Below are positions 1 to 9,244 of a stretch of DNA of 55,297 nt, piece by piece. The notes under the pieces are model-generated. The model was given only the letters and a program-made list of their open reading frames with translations. It made no database searches and had not been told where the DNA came from. A program made the position numbers and the translations under genes. Source of the DNA: a virus (taxonomy: Duplodnaviria; Caudoviricetes); IMG/VR virus record IMGVR_UViG_3300049458_000003, positions 1 to 55,297 of that record. One strand, written 5' to 3'. Numbering within the stretch: the first letter of the stretch is position 1; every line of letters starts with the position of its first letter.

Positions 1-17
1 AATGCACACCCCTCGCC

Positions 18-143
18 ACGACCGACCAAGGGAGACCTGATGCGCAACGTCCTCGGCTACCTGCTCGCACTCGCCGCCACGGCCCTGGGCGAGGCGATCT
101 ACCTGCACGCCAAACCCATCGCGTTCGGGATCTACCTGACGTT
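18..143 (+). repeat. 126-bp terminal direct repeat, left copy (probable assembly circularisation overlap)
   Basis: 18-143 is identical to 55172-55297. Confidence 0.92.
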
Positions 144-198
144 TCTGCTGGTGCTGTCGGTGCCGTCGTTGCGGGACAGGGTAAAACGGTCACGTTGA
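40..198 (+). CDS. Small membrane protein (52 aa)
   Basis: ATG after GGGAGACC box; hydrophobic MRNVLGYLLALAATALG...IYLTFLLVLSV. Confidence 0.75.
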   Translation: MRNVLGYLLALAATALGEAIYLHAKPIAFGIYLTFLLVLSVPSLRDRVKRSR

Positions 199-199
199 C

Positions 200-433
200 G
201 TGGATCACCGCCCCGGGCGATGTCACCGGGGGACGCTCAGAGAGGGCAGAAAGTACGTGGTCGGACGAGGTGGCGGACGACGCCACGGCAAGAAAGGTAT
301 CTCCAGTTCGCGCACGGCCTCACCTGGGCGCGTCACTACCGGCTCCGGGGCTGAGCCCGTCCAGTGCGCCACATGCGGAAAGTGGTACGCGACCGACGAC
401 CCCGAGGCCGCCAAGACACACAAGCACAAGTAG
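200..433 (+). CDS. Hypothetical protein with CxxC...HxH motif
   Basis: Tandem packing; CATCGKWY...THKHK. Confidence 0.6.
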   Translation: MDHRPGRCHRGTLREGRKYVVGRGGGRRHGKKGISSSRTASPGRVTTGSGAEPVQCATCGKWYATDDPEAAKTHKHK

Positions 434-441
434 GAGAGTCA

Positions 442-756
442 GTGAGTCGACCCGACGAGTTGCATTGCATCCTGCCCGGCTGCGGCTGGCACACACTGGT
501 ACCGGACGCGCCCCCCAGCGCAATGTCCGGCGTACGGATCTCCGGCCATCCGCCGACCGACTTTATAGACGCCTGCGTCGCGGCCACGATCCGTGCGCAT
601 GCCGAGGAACTGGAGGCGGTCGTCCGCGAACACCTGGAGAGTCACACAGTCCTGGAATGGGCGAACGGATACCGCCGCCTGCTCGATGAGATCGAGGTCC
701 TGAAGGCTAAGATCGCGGCCCGGGTCATCATGGTCGATCGGCCCAACCATGTCTGA
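442..756 (+). CDS. Hypothetical protein
   Basis: GTG after AGGAG; overlaps next gene. Confidence 0.65.
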   Translation: MSRPDELHCILPGCGWHTLVPDAPPSAMSGVRISGHPPTDFIDACVAATIRAHAEELEAVVREHLESHTVLEWANGYRRLLDEIEVLKAKIAARVIMVDRPNHV

Positions 757-958
757 GGAATGCTGCTGGCGCGCGGAGCGCGGCGTGAACAGTCACGGTG
801 TCGCGTGGCTCACGCGCACCTGCACCGCCGAAGGTCACCGTTGCGTTGAGACCTTCTGGGACACGGAAGCCCTCGACCTGGGCGTTAGCGGGCGGGGATC
901 GGGTAAGTGGCGGTCGCTTTGGGGCGCCTTGACGGGGCAGCCTGATGGCCATGTCTGA
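749..958 (+). CDS. Hypothetical protein
   Basis: Overlap-coupled to neighbours. Confidence 0.55.
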   Translation: MSEECCWRAERGVNSHGVAWLTRTCTAEGHRCVETFWDTEALDLGVSGRGSGKWRSLWGALTGQPDGHV

Positions 959-1376
959 TACATACCGCGCGGGCAACAAGAACCCGCAGAACGTCTACCG
1001 CCGCATGCTCAACGGCAGCGAGCGCTTCGTCGCCGTGGTCATCGACCCCGCCGACTCCGCGCGGTTCATCGCCGCGCTCAACGCCGCCGACGACGCCGAG
1101 CGCCGCCTCGCCTTTGAGAAGGCCCGCGCCGACGACTGGGCTGGCCGGGTCGCCGAACTCCGGGAGTTCATTGCCACCAAGCTGGACGACCGCCTGCTCG
1201 CACCCACTGCGACGGAGGCGTTCGAGCGGTTCGTCAACGATCCCGACTGGGACGGCGACGAGGATGGTTACATCATCGCGTGCCTTTGCGGCTGGTCCGA
1301 CCACGGCGACACGGACAGCCTGGCAGGGTCCGCGCTGGACCACTGCCAGGAAAGGCATGTACTCGGCGATGGCTGA
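951..1376 (+). CDS. Hypothetical protein
   Basis: Overlap-coupled; GC3-rich codons; C-terminal CxCGW...H motif. Confidence 0.7.
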   Translation: MSDTYRAGNKNPQNVYRRMLNGSERFVAVVIDPADSARFIAALNAADDAERRLAFEKARADDWAGRVAELREFIATKLDDRLLAPTATEAFERFVNDPDWDGDEDGYIIACLCGWSDHGDTDSLAGSALDHCQERHVLGDG

Positions 1377-1770
1377 ACGACCGCGAATTCTGCTCACGGG
1401 TTCCCTGGCCTGGCGCTGGCCGTCACCCGTCCGGGCACGCTTGGCGTACTGGCGTGACCAGCTTCCCGGCGCGGTGCTGGTTCATGGCGCCGCCCGGGGC
1501 GCGGACAGCATCGGGTCGGGCATCTGGCGCGGGTGGGGCTTGCCGGACGAGCCCCACCCGCTCACGCCCACCGACTGGCGGGGCAACCCGCGCGGCGCCG
1601 GGCACGCGCGCAACCGGGCGATGGCCGCCCTCGGCGCGGATGTGTGCGTGGCGTTCATCCTCGACGGCTCGGGTGGCTCGACCGCCACGGTTGCCACCTG
1701 CCGCGCGGCGGGCATTCGCGTCGATCTCTCGGCTCGTTCCAGCCGCGACCCGGCGGGGGGGCGGGGGTGA
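1369..1770 (+). CDS. SLOG-superfamily protein (DUF2493/YspA-like)
   Basis: RILLTGS...LVHGAARGAD...DW...AGHARNRAM...VAF...GGST motifs. Confidence 0.85.
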   Translation: MAERPRILLTGSLAWRWPSPVRARLAYWRDQLPGAVLVHGAARGADSIGSGIWRGWGLPDEPHPLTPTDWRGNPRGAGHARNRAMAALGADVCVAFILDGSGGSTATVATCRAAGIRVDLSARSSRDPAGGRG

Positions 1771-1979
1771 TGCGCGACGACGGCCCCGGGGCGGCCAACT
1801 GCGACGGTGGCGAGGGGGCGACCCTCATCTCCGTCCCGTCCCGCGTGGTCACGATGGTGGGCGGGCTTGCCCTGTATCACCAGGCTGGCCGGGTGGTCAT
1901 GGTGGAGGTTGTGGGCGGCCGGTTGGTGCTGCCGCCGGGCGTCATCTGGAGTATTGACACCCCTCGCCCGGGGGGGTAG
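1770..1979 (+). CDS. Hypothetical protein
   Basis: TGATG coupling; stop lies inside the promoter cassette. Confidence 0.5.
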   Translation: MRDDGPGAANCDGGEGATLISVPSRVVTMVGGLALYHQAGRVVMVEVVGGRLVLPPGVIWSIDTPRPGG

Positions 1980-2012
1980 ACTCAGCCCGTACGAACGACC
2001 GAAAGGGAGACC
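1954..2012 (+). promoter_or_regulatory. Promoter cassette copy: TTGACA-17-TAGACT + GAACGACCGAAAGGGAGACC
   Basis: Sigma-70-type hexamers with C-run/G-run spacer; repeated motif. Confidence 0.85.
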
Positions 2013-2013
2013 G

Positions 2014-2244
2014 GTGACCTTCGACAAATCAGACGCCCAGGCATACCTGGAGACGACGATCGACTTCGCGATCGACCTGGACCGACTCGCCTTCGACGAC
2101 TACTTCCTGTTGGCCATGCTCCAGATCGCCAGCCGCGCCGCCACCGCCTGCTCCGATGGTGACTACGACCGGGCCCACAACCTGAACGTGGCGCTGGTGG
2201 ACATGATCGAGATCCTTGAGACGAACACCGCCCTGGAGGGCTGA
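2014..2244 (+). CDS. Hypothetical acidic protein
   Basis: GTG immediately after cassette RBS. Confidence 0.75.
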   Translation: MTFDKSDAQAYLETTIDFAIDLDRLAFDDYFLLAMLQIASRAATACSDGDYDRAHNLNVALVDMIEILETNTALEG

Positions 2245-2247
2245 TAA

Positions 2248-2505
2248 ATGTGGATCAACTCAGGTGCGCAGGACCTCAACGGTCAACGCATCAAGACCAA
2301 GCGGGCGTTGAAAGCCGCGCTCGCCGCCGATCCCAGCTCGGTCCGGTTCGACGCCACGGCCCTGAACGCGTCGGGTCAGATCTACCGTGCCGACGAACTG
2401 GGGTTCGGCGACTCACTCATGGTCGTCGGACCCGACCCGTACACCTCACGCAAGTGGTACGCCACGGTGAGCCGCGACCTCGACGGAAAGATCAAGGTCC
2501 TGTGA
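2248..2505 (+). CDS. Hypothetical phage protein
   Basis: GGAGG RBS; KTKRALK...VVGPDPYTSRKWYATV. Confidence 0.75.
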   Translation: MWINSGAQDLNGQRIKTKRALKAALAADPSSVRFDATALNASGQIYRADELGFGDSLMVVGPDPYTSRKWYATVSRDLDGKIKVL

Positions 2506-3140
2506 TGGCACCCCGACCCGCCCCCGAACGCCCCGACTGGCTGGTCGTCGGCGCCCCAGTGGTAGTCGACCAGGGTGACTGGCCCATCGAGACCGTGGTG
2601 GCCACGATCTCGACGCACTACTTCACCCTGTCCGGGTACGCCGACGCTCGCTACCGAATCCGAACCATGAGCCGCGACCGGCCCGGTCACGGGCAGCTCT
2701 ACGTCTACAGCCGCTACGACCCGCGCGCCGTACGGGTCCTGGGGCGCAGGGCCAAAGCTGACCGGCGGTTCCTCGCGACCATCGCCTGCGAGAGGTACCT
2801 GCGCGACCCGACCCCGGCCCACCGTCGCGCCCTCATCGCGGCCGTCTACACGGCCAGCGTGGACGAGACCGTGAACCCAGGCGAGGAAACCGTCGAGGTT
2901 TGGGTGTCGCCCGCCGACTACGAATCCACCGCCAGCTGGACGGCGGGGGACCCCGGCGGACTGTTCAAACCCCGGCTGACGAACATCCCGACGTCCATGC
3001 TCCCCGAGTGGGACGCCGTGGCGGACCGCTACAACGACATCGAATACGAGATCAAGGAACTGTGGGGGGCCTCCACGGTCGAGGCCCCACCGCGCCCGCC
3101 CCTGGACTTCGAGAACCCGAAGGAGACCCGTGATGTCTGA
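2505..3140 (+). CDS. Hypothetical protein
   Basis: TGATG coupling. Confidence 0.7.
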   Translation: MAPRPAPERPDWLVVGAPVVVDQGDWPIETVVATISTHYFTLSGYADARYRIRTMSRDRPGHGQLYVYSRYDPRAVRVLGRRAKADRRFLATIACERYLRDPTPAHRRALIAAVYTASVDETVNPGEETVEVWVSPADYESTASWTAGDPGGLFKPRLTNIPTSMLPEWDAVADRYNDIEYEIKELWGASTVEAPPRPPLDFENPKETRDV

Positions 3141-4119
3141 GACTCGGATGGAAGGTCTGGGCGACCGCCCCGTCGAGATCCCCGCGACGTACTGCGTCGT
3201 GTGCGGCCGTGTCGGTTCCGCCCTCTACGTGGCGCACCCGGACGTGCACCTCACGCGCCAGGGGCGGCTGCGCGTGCTTCTGGAGTCCCAGGGCTGGAGT
3301 TACCCGGGGCACCCGGTCCGCCCCACTTGCCCAACATGCCTGCCCGTCGAAGACCAGGCCGACCGGGGTTCCCGGGACCAGGTCGCCGAGGCGAATCGGG
3401 GGCTGGTTGAACTGTCGCGCACCTTGTCGGAGGCGCAAGGGGAACGGGACCAGGCTCGCCGCGCCCTCCGTGACGCGCTCGCCGCCAAGCATCGATCCTT
3501 AGACCAGCGGGACACGATGTCCGCCGCCAACGATGCTCTGGCCCAGGAGGTCCGTGATTTGCGGACCAAACTCGCGGAGGCCAAGGCGGAGCTGGACCGC
3601 ATCCCCCGTGTCCCGCCTGTCGGGCAGTCTGATCCGCGTGCGGCCCTCTGCAAGGCCAACCGCGACCTGACCGCACTAGCCGAACAGGTCGCCCGCGCAC
3701 AGAAAGACCGGAGCGACCTGGCCAACGCCAACAACAGTCAGGCCTGGAAGATCCGGGACCTGGAGGGGCGCCTAGGCGAAACCTTGGCCGAGCTGGCTGC
3801 GGTACGCGATCGGGTGCCGCCGGAAACTCCGGGCGCACCGGTCCGGTCGACCCTGGTTACGCGGACCGGGGTCGCGCTGGTCGAGTACGACAGTGCCCGA
3901 CCACTGTCGGCGGTGCAGGCCCTGGCCGTGAGTGAACTCGGGGCGATGGCCGAATCCCTGGAGGACGACGCGAGAGGGGCTGTCGCCGACCTGGGGGCGC
4001 TCACCAAGCGCCAGCGCCGCGAGGCGTGGACGACGAACTGGGCCTGTCGCCACGTGGCCTCGCGGTTGAGGTACCGGCTGAACGTGATCAGCGCGGCCCG
4101 TGTGGAGGTCCACAAGTGA
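3130..4119 (+). CDS. Zn-finger plus coiled-coil protein
   Basis: CVVC...CPTC followed by heptad-rich helical region with internal duplication. Confidence 0.7.
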   Translation: MMSETRMEGLGDRPVEIPATYCVVCGRVGSALYVAHPDVHLTRQGRLRVLLESQGWSYPGHPVRPTCPTCLPVEDQADRGSRDQVAEANRGLVELSRTLSEAQGERDQARRALRDALAAKHRSLDQRDTMSAANDALAQEVRDLRTKLAEAKAELDRIPRVPPVGQSDPRAALCKANRDLTALAEQVARAQKDRSDLANANNSQAWKIRDLEGRLGETLAELAAVRDRVPPETPGAPVRSTLVTRTGVALVEYDSARPLSAVQALAVSELGAMAESLEDDARGAVADLGALTKRQRREAWTTNWACRHVASRLRYRLNVISAARVEVHK

Positions 4120-4418
4120 TCACCTTCCGTATCACGCCCCGGTGGTGGCACGTCATGTTCCATTACAGCCAGTACCCAGACCGGTGCGCGTGGTGCGCGG
4201 TCACCCGGTCCCGCGCCACGCGGGCCAACCCGGGGTGGAGCCTGGCGGTCATCAACGCCCAGGCCCGCGCCGCGTTCTTCGCCCAGACGGCGGTTCGCGG
4301 GCCTTGCTGGTGGTGCATCCGCTGCCATACGCCGTGGGCGCAGCCGTACGCAGGTTGCCCCGACTGCCGTTGCGGCCCACTCGCTGGCCCGTTCTACCCA
4401 CCTGGAGCCACCCCGTGA
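4116..4418 (+). CDS. Cys-rich hypothetical protein
   Basis: GTGA overlap; CAWC, CIRC, CPDC motifs. Confidence 0.6.
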   Translation: MITFRITPRWWHVMFHYSQYPDRCAWCAVTRSRATRANPGWSLAVINAQARAAFFAQTAVRGPCWWCIRCHTPWAQPYAGCPDCRCGPLAGPFYPPGATP

Positions 4419-4579
4419 ACGACGAGACGTACCCGACAGCCGCGCACGACGCGGGCCTTCACGACCCGGACAGCGGATGGCATGAGGTCATGCGGGAGGC
4501 TCCGCAACGGCGACGGTCCGCGCCCAAGTGGTGGCGTAACCCGCGCCCTCACCCCGGCCCGAGTCGGGCGAACCGGTGA
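4415..4579 (+). CDS. Hypothetical protein
   Basis: GTGA overlaps at both ends. Confidence 0.55.
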   Translation: MNDETYPTAAHDAGLHDPDSGWHEVMREAPQRRRSAPKWWRNPRPHPGPSRANR

Positions 4580-4797
4580 CCGCCTACGACCCGGACGCCA
4601 TCCTGGCCGACCCGGCGGCGCACCCGATCCACAGGGCATACGCGGAGATCAACATCGGCATACGGGACCGGGGTGAGCAATGGGCGAAGTGCGTCAACTG
4701 CGGGACGCCGTACCGGGTCACCCCAGCCTGGCCGAGTGGAAGTGTCTGCTCGGATGAGTGCGGGGAGGACCTCTCCCATTACCTGAACGAGATTTGA
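4576..4797 (+). CDS. Zn-ribbon-like small protein
   Basis: CVNC...CSDEC; stop codon is part of TTGACA of the next cassette. Confidence 0.65.
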   Translation: MTAYDPDAILADPAAHPIHRAYAEINIGIRDRGEQWAKCVNCGTPYRVTPAWPSGSVCSDECGEDLSHYLNEI

Positions 4798-4855
4798 CAA
4801 ACCCCCCGGCAGCGGGGGTAGAATACCGCCACGACGAACGACCGAAAGGGAGACC
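4794..4855 (+). promoter_or_regulatory. Promoter cassette copy: TTGACA-19-TAGAAT + GAACGACCGAAAGGGAGACC
   Basis: Repeated motif; start box identical to 1993-2012. Confidence 0.8.
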
Positions 4856-4856
4856 G

Positions 4857-4937
4857 ATGACGCCTCACGAGACCACAAAGATCGTGTTGCTCGGCCAAGC
4901 GCCAGGCGGCGACGCCCGACCCGAGTGGGCGCGCTGA
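4857..4937 (+). CDS. Micro-ORF (26 aa)
   Basis: ATG directly after cassette RBS; TGATG-coupled to the next gene. Confidence 0.5.
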   Translation: MTPHETTKIVLLGQAPGGDARPEWAR

Positions 4938-5146
4938 TGGCGACCCATGACTGCCCCGGTGGGTGCGGGCGCCAGGTGGGGGGGGACACCTTCGCGTGTC
5001 GACTTGACCTGTACCGGCTGCCAACGAACCTGCGTTCCCCCATTCAGGCCGGTCGCCGGGGTTCCGCGATCGCGCACGCCACGGCGATGGTGGCGGCCAC
5101 CGACTGGTTCGAGGCGAACCCGCGACCCGGCAAGGAGCGACCGTGA
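4937..5146 (+). CDS. Hypothetical protein (HxCPGGC...C motif)
   Basis: Coupled gene. Confidence 0.65.
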   Translation: MATHDCPGGCGRQVGGDTFACRLDLYRLPTNLRSPIQAGRRGSAIAHATAMVAATDWFEANPRPGKERP

Positions 5147-5532
5147 CTGGGGTCGAGATCAGCGTGGCGGCCGTCCAGGCTGCGGAGGCGAACCCCCAGT
5201 ACGATCCGCCTCTGCGCGGAATCCCTCGGGTGCTGTGTGAGACCTGCGCGGGGGAGATCGAGGCGTACGGGCTGCGAGAGGAAACCTTTTTCGGTCCGGT
5301 CCACGTCTGGCGGCACGTTTCGGACGGCACGTGCTCCTGTGTCGTCAGGCGCGGTGTCCGGCCGTTCGACGACTTCAAGGCGGGCCGGGCACTCCGTGCG
5401 GCCAGGCTGGCGGCGGAGGAAGCCGAGGTGAAGGCCGCCATCCGGTGCCTCGTAGAGCGGGGCGTTACCGGGGAGATGTACGAGCGCCTACTTGCCGCGC
5501 TCCACCCCGAGGCGGTGACCACCGATGGCTGA
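5143..5532 (+). CDS. Hypothetical protein
   Basis: AAGGAG RBS, GTGA overlap. Confidence 0.65.
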   Translation: MTGVEISVAAVQAAEANPQYDPPLRGIPRVLCETCAGEIEAYGLREETFFGPVHVWRHVSDGTCSCVVRRGVRPFDDFKAGRALRAARLAAEEAEVKAAIRCLVERGVTGEMYERLLAALHPEAVTTDG

Positions 5533-5695
5533 TCGAGTTCCCGATCTGGACCTGGATCCTCGCCCGTTCTGTGGCGATTCGGATTGCGATGGTGACGCCG
5601 CGACTGACGGGACCTCATGGTGGTGCGAGACCTGTGGCGCCACGTGGGACCGGGACGGCCGTGGCGGCGAGCGAGAGGGGAACACCGGTGGCTGA
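5525..5695 (+). CDS. Small Zn-ribbon-like protein (56 aa)
   Basis: Fills the gap with 8-bp overlaps; FCGDSDC...WWCETCG. Confidence 0.6.
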   Translation: MADRVPDLDLDPRPFCGDSDCDGDAATDGTSWWCETCGATWDRDGRGGEREGNTGG

Positions 5696-6053
5696 CCCGA
5701 CTGTCGTTGGAGCGTCGACCGCCGGTTCCAACGCTGAGGCCCTCACTGTTGGCAAGCCGAGTGAGCATGCCGACCTGGCCGCCGAGATCCGGGAGTGGCT
5801 CGCCGACAGCGTCGGGGTTTGCCTGGAGGATCAGCACGAGTCTGGTTGCGAGGCCCTGATGTACACCGCGACCGGATGCCAGGAGGCCGAGAACTGCACG
5901 TGCGACCGCGCACCCGCCGTCCGGGCCGTGCTGGCCGTGCTGGACGGTCACCAGCCTGGGGACTCGTTCGCGGATGTGTGCGGTGAGTGCGAGTTCCCGT
6001 GGCCATGCCGCACCGTTCGCGCCATCCACGCCGCCCTGATCGGCGGTGCCTGA
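5688..6053 (+). CDS. Hypothetical protein
   Basis: VLDGHQP...CGECEFPWPCRTVRAI motif, common in actinophage small proteins. Confidence 0.65.
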   Translation: MADPTVVGASTAGSNAEALTVGKPSEHADLAAEIREWLADSVGVCLEDQHESGCEALMYTATGCQEAENCTCDRAPAVRAVLAVLDGHQPGDSFADVCGECEFPWPCRTVRAIHAALIGGA

Positions 6054-6400
6054 TGCGCGCCCCGTACCGCGTAGACGCCTACTGCGCGCTGTCTACCGCC
6101 GCCAGCGTGTTTTTGGAGGCGCGTAGGCGCGCCTCCGGTCACGACGCGGGCAGCCCTGCGCGGGTTGCGCTAGCCGATTTGGATACGTCGCTGGCGGACC
6201 GCCGTGCGGCTCACACCCTGGCGTGTGGGCATCCCCCCGAGGACGTCAACCCGTCCGTGGGGAACTTGACCATGCAGGCGACCCTCCGGATCCATCGCGC
6301 GAGGGGCTTCGGTTCCGCGCCCGCCGACGCCAAGCCCAACCGGACCTGCCGCCGCTGCGGTCAGCCGTCCGGCACCGCCGACACCTGCGGGGAGTGCTGA
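6053..6400 (+). CDS. Hypothetical protein
   Basis: TGATG coupling; C-terminal CRRC..CGEC. Confidence 0.6.
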   Translation: MRAPYRVDAYCALSTAASVFLEARRRASGHDAGSPARVALADLDTSLADRRAAHTLACGHPPEDVNPSVGNLTMQATLRIHRARGFGSAPADAKPNRTCRRCGQPSGTADTCGEC

Positions 6401-6711
6401 TGACCAAGGCCAAGATCGCCGCCGAAGGGATGGCCGAGGGCGACGTGCTCGTTCGGGGCACTACGGACCCCGTGGCCGCCCTGGCTGCCCTGGTCGCCGA
6501 TGAGGACACCTGGCTCGGTCCTGACAACCAGACCGTGGATGCGCTGCACGCGCACGTCATGGTGTTGCTGAACGGCGCCATGACGGGCTACTGGCGCAAG
6601 GTCCACTGCCTGCCCAATTCGTACGGCGCGTTCGAGGGCTGGGGCTGGACGCTGCACGGCGCGGACGGCCCAGGCCGGGGCGCGTTCCAGGGGGTGTACT
6701 TCCGTGCCTGA
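6400..6711 (+). CDS. Hypothetical protein
   Basis: TGATG coupling; GPGRGAF motif. Confidence 0.65.
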   Translation: MTKAKIAAEGMAEGDVLVRGTTDPVAALAALVADEDTWLGPDNQTVDALHAHVMVLLNGAMTGYWRKVHCLPNSYGAFEGWGWTLHGADGPGRGAFQGVYFRA

Positions 6712-7315
6712 CGACCCCCGTATCTCCCAGTACGAGGCCGAGCGCACCGAGGCTGTCGCGGTCATGCGCAAGGCGATCCTGTCGAGCTACATCGGCAAGC
6801 CCTCACCCTTCGCCCTCGGCGCCGACCTGGACAGGGCCGTCACCGCGCTGATCGGCGCGGGGTGGACGCCGGACGCCCCAGCTGAGAAGGACGCCGAGAC
6901 CCAGCGGCTCACCGCCGAGCTGAACAGCTGGCGATCCGGGGCGCGTCGGCGAGTCCTACCGGCCGTGGAGGCCGCACCGGACGGGTTGCGGTACGCCTCC
7001 AAGCTGCTGCACGCGCAAGGTACCGAGGGCGGCGTCGACCACGACCGTCTTCTCCGCGAGGCCGCGATGCGCATGAAGGCCCTGCACGATGCGGCGGCCG
7101 TCTGCCTCGCCGAGCGGGACCAGGCGCGGGCCGAGCTTCGGCAAGCCCAGCTCGGTGCCGCCGAGTGGAGCCTGCACGCCACCGCAGCCCGGGACGTCCT
7201 GCGCTGGCTGGTGTCCCTCGACGCCTCCGAGCCCGAGACCCGCCGCACCGTCACCCTCGCCGACATCATCCGCCGGGCACGCGCCGCCCTCGGCGAACCT
7301 GGGGAGGGGACGTGA
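6704..7315 (+). CDS. Hypothetical helical protein
   Basis: Overlap-coupled, GC3-rich. Confidence 0.7.
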   Translation: MPDDPRISQYEAERTEAVAVMRKAILSSYIGKPSPFALGADLDRAVTALIGAGWTPDAPAEKDAETQRLTAELNSWRSGARRRVLPAVEAAPDGLRYASKLLHAQGTEGGVDHDRLLREAAMRMKALHDAAAVCLAERDQARAELRQAQLGAAEWSLHATAARDVLRWLVSLDASEPETRRTVTLADIIRRARAALGEPGEGT

Positions 7316-7551
7316 CTAGGCCCCGCCACGTTGTCGACTGGGCGCAACTCCGCATGGAGGTGGGTGTCGCGCTCCGGCTGACCGGCATGTCCGACCGCGC
7401 CCTGTCCCGCCGCCTGGGCCTGAGCCCCTCCACGGTCAGCCGGTTCCGGGCTGGCGACCAGATCTCCGCAGACGCGCTCGCGTCTCTGCTCGCCTGGCTG
7501 GAGCCGGGTGCCTACCGCTGGATCAAGGAGCCCACCCATGACCACGCCTGA
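7312..7551 (+). CDS. XRE/Cro-type helix-turn-helix DNA-binding protein
   Basis: GMSDRALSRRLGLSPSTVSRFRAG. Confidence 0.85.
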   Translation: MTRPRHVVDWAQLRMEVGVALRLTGMSDRALSRRLGLSPSTVSRFRAGDQISADALASLLAWLEPGAYRWIKEPTHDHA

Positions 7552-8227
7552 ACCCGGCGCGTACCGCAAGAAGCCCGTCGTCATCCAGGCCATGCAATGG
7601 ACCGGTGACAACGAGGCCGAGATCCAGGCATGGACCGGGGCGGGCAGGTTCCACGAGATCGACCCCGAGGACCGGGGCGACGACCCCGACGCCACCGGGG
7701 CGCTGCTCGTGGACGCCAACAGCGCGTGGCTGACGATCGAGCCAGGCGAGTGGGTGCTGCGCGACCAGGCCGGGTTCTACCCGTGCAAGGCCGCCATCTT
7801 CGCCGCGACGTACGAACCTGCCGTCGACTGGACCGACGAGAAGCTGGTCACCAAGGTCATCGAGACCATGTCGGATGACTCCGGGCAGAGCCGCGCCAAC
7901 GTGTATGACCCCGTGTGGCAAGCCCAGGCCGAGCACGTCGTGGACCTGGTCCAGGCCCCGCTCCGCGCCGAGATCGCCGCCCTCCACCACCAGCTCGCCG
8001 ACCTGGAGCCCCGGGTGTTCCGGGCCGGGGACCCGCTGCCCGAGGACGTCGAGTGCGTCCTGGACAACTCCGGGGATCTGTGGCGCACCTACAATGGCGG
8101 CGAACTGTGGGCGTCCCTTGAGGACCGGTTCGGCCCATGCACGTGGGGTGGCCTGTTCGTGACGACCGGGGGCCCCGTCACCGAGGTCCGTATCGCCGCC
8201 CCCGCTGACGCTGGGGAGGGCCGGTGA
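7538..8227 (+). CDS. Phage protein with widespread RKKPVVIxA...FYPCK...F..TYE N-terminal domain plus extension
   Basis: Recognisable conserved phage motif; AAGGAG RBS. Confidence 0.75.
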   Translation: MTTPEPGAYRKKPVVIQAMQWTGDNEAEIQAWTGAGRFHEIDPEDRGDDPDATGALLVDANSAWLTIEPGEWVLRDQAGFYPCKAAIFAATYEPAVDWTDEKLVTKVIETMSDDSGQSRANVYDPVWQAQAEHVVDLVQAPLRAEIAALHHQLADLEPRVFRAGDPLPEDVECVLDNSGDLWRTYNGGELWASLEDRFGPCTWGGLFVTTGGPVTEVRIAAPADAGEGR

Positions 8228-8496
8228 CCCGCCGCGAGGACGCCGCCCATCGTCGCCGCCGCGCATCCGACGTGCGCGCCGCCCATGCCCACCGCCTGAA
8301 CCGTGTGGTGCGCGCCGGTCGGATGGAGGGAACCCGCGCCGTGGTCGAAGGCGAACAATCTGGCGTGCATCACCGGTTCGGTGGGATCGCCATCTACTGG
8401 CAGGCGGCGGACTTCGCCGTCACCGTGGACGCGTGGCGGCACTGCCTGTGGTCCCACCCAGCCAAGCTCACCGTCAAACCCCAACGTCGCCGGTGA
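8224..8496 (+). CDS. Hypothetical protein
   Basis: GTGA overlap, GGAGG RBS. Confidence 0.55.
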   Translation: MTRREDAAHRRRRASDVRAAHAHRLNRVVRAGRMEGTRAVVEGEQSGVHHRFGGIAIYWQAADFAVTVDAWRHCLWSHPAKLTVKPQRRR

Positions 8497-8623
8497 TCCG
8501 CATCGACACCACGCATCCCACCCGAACCGTGGACGCCTTACCCGTCGAGCCCGCCACCCCCGTGCCCCAACGACCACCAGGGTGGGAAACCACCCACAAA
8601 GTTGACACACCAACCAACCCCCG

Positions 8624-8645
8624 ACCCCCGGGACGGGGGTAGGAT
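8624..8645 (+). promoter_or_regulatory. Partial cassette copy: ACCCCC-GGGAC-GGGGG-TAGGAT
   Basis: C-run/G-run plus -10; nearest TTGACA (8602) is too far upstream. Confidence 0.55.
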
Positions 8646-8677
8646 CGTGAACACCCCCGTACACAAAGGAGAAACAG

Positions 8678-8971
8678 ATGACCCGCTTCCCCGGATGGAA
8701 CAAGGCCGAACACGGACGATTCTGGGTCCACGCAGGCAGCTACCGCTACGACCTGGTGCTGGTCGCACGCCGCGTGTGGTTGCTCGACGTCAAGCGTCGC
8801 AGCTCGGCGGGCGGGTACCGGCTGTGCGCGTCCACCCAGGTGAGTACCAAGGGTTTGGGGCAGCGGGTGGCGAAGGCGTATCACCTGTTGGGCGACGGGT
8901 ACCGCCCCGAGTTGTACGGCGGTCGGGAGCGCCTGGCCCAGGCGGCGTATTCGCAGCTCACCCGGCGTTGA
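8678..8971 (+). CDS. Hypothetical basic protein
   Basis: AAAGGAG RBS; stop inside the next TTGACA. Confidence 0.7.
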   Translation: MTRFPGWNKAEHGRFWVHAGSYRYDLVLVARRVWLLDVKRRSSAGGYRLCASTQVSTKGLGQRVAKAYHLLGDGYRPELYGGRERLAQAAYSQLTRR

Positions 8972-9040
8972 CACCCCCCGAACCGTGGGGTAGGGTTCCT
9001 CATGTCAGGAACGGAACGACCGCACCCCGGGAGACCCGAA
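8968..9040 (+). promoter_or_regulatory. Promoter cassette copy: TTGACA-17-TAGGGT + GAACGACC..GGGAGACCCGAA
   Basis: Repeated motif. Confidence 0.85.
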
Positions 9041-9226
9041 GTGAACAGGAACTCCGACCCCCGATTCCACGGCAACCTCCCCGTGTGCGAAGGCGGCTAC
9101 AACGAGTGCACGCACACGGATGTGGAGTTGGTCGAGGACCCGTACGCGGCGGACGTGCACAACCTGCCTGGCCAGATGATGTGGCTGTGCCCCGCGTGCT
9201 CGTACCAGCGTTCGCGCGATATCTGA
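9041..9226 (+). CDS. Small Zn-binding protein
   Basis: C...C..EDPY...WLCPAC. Confidence 0.7.
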   Translation: MNRNSDPRFHGNLPVCEGGYNECTHTDVELVEDPYAADVHNLPGQMMWLCPACSYQRSRDI

Positions 9227-9244
9227 GGACTCCCCGTCCAACCC

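Noticed and set aside
7312-7551. Immunity repressor indicating a temperate lifestyle
   Set aside because: A short HTH inside a co-directional operon, with no divergent cro/cI switch and no integrase; lifestyle remains undetermined.
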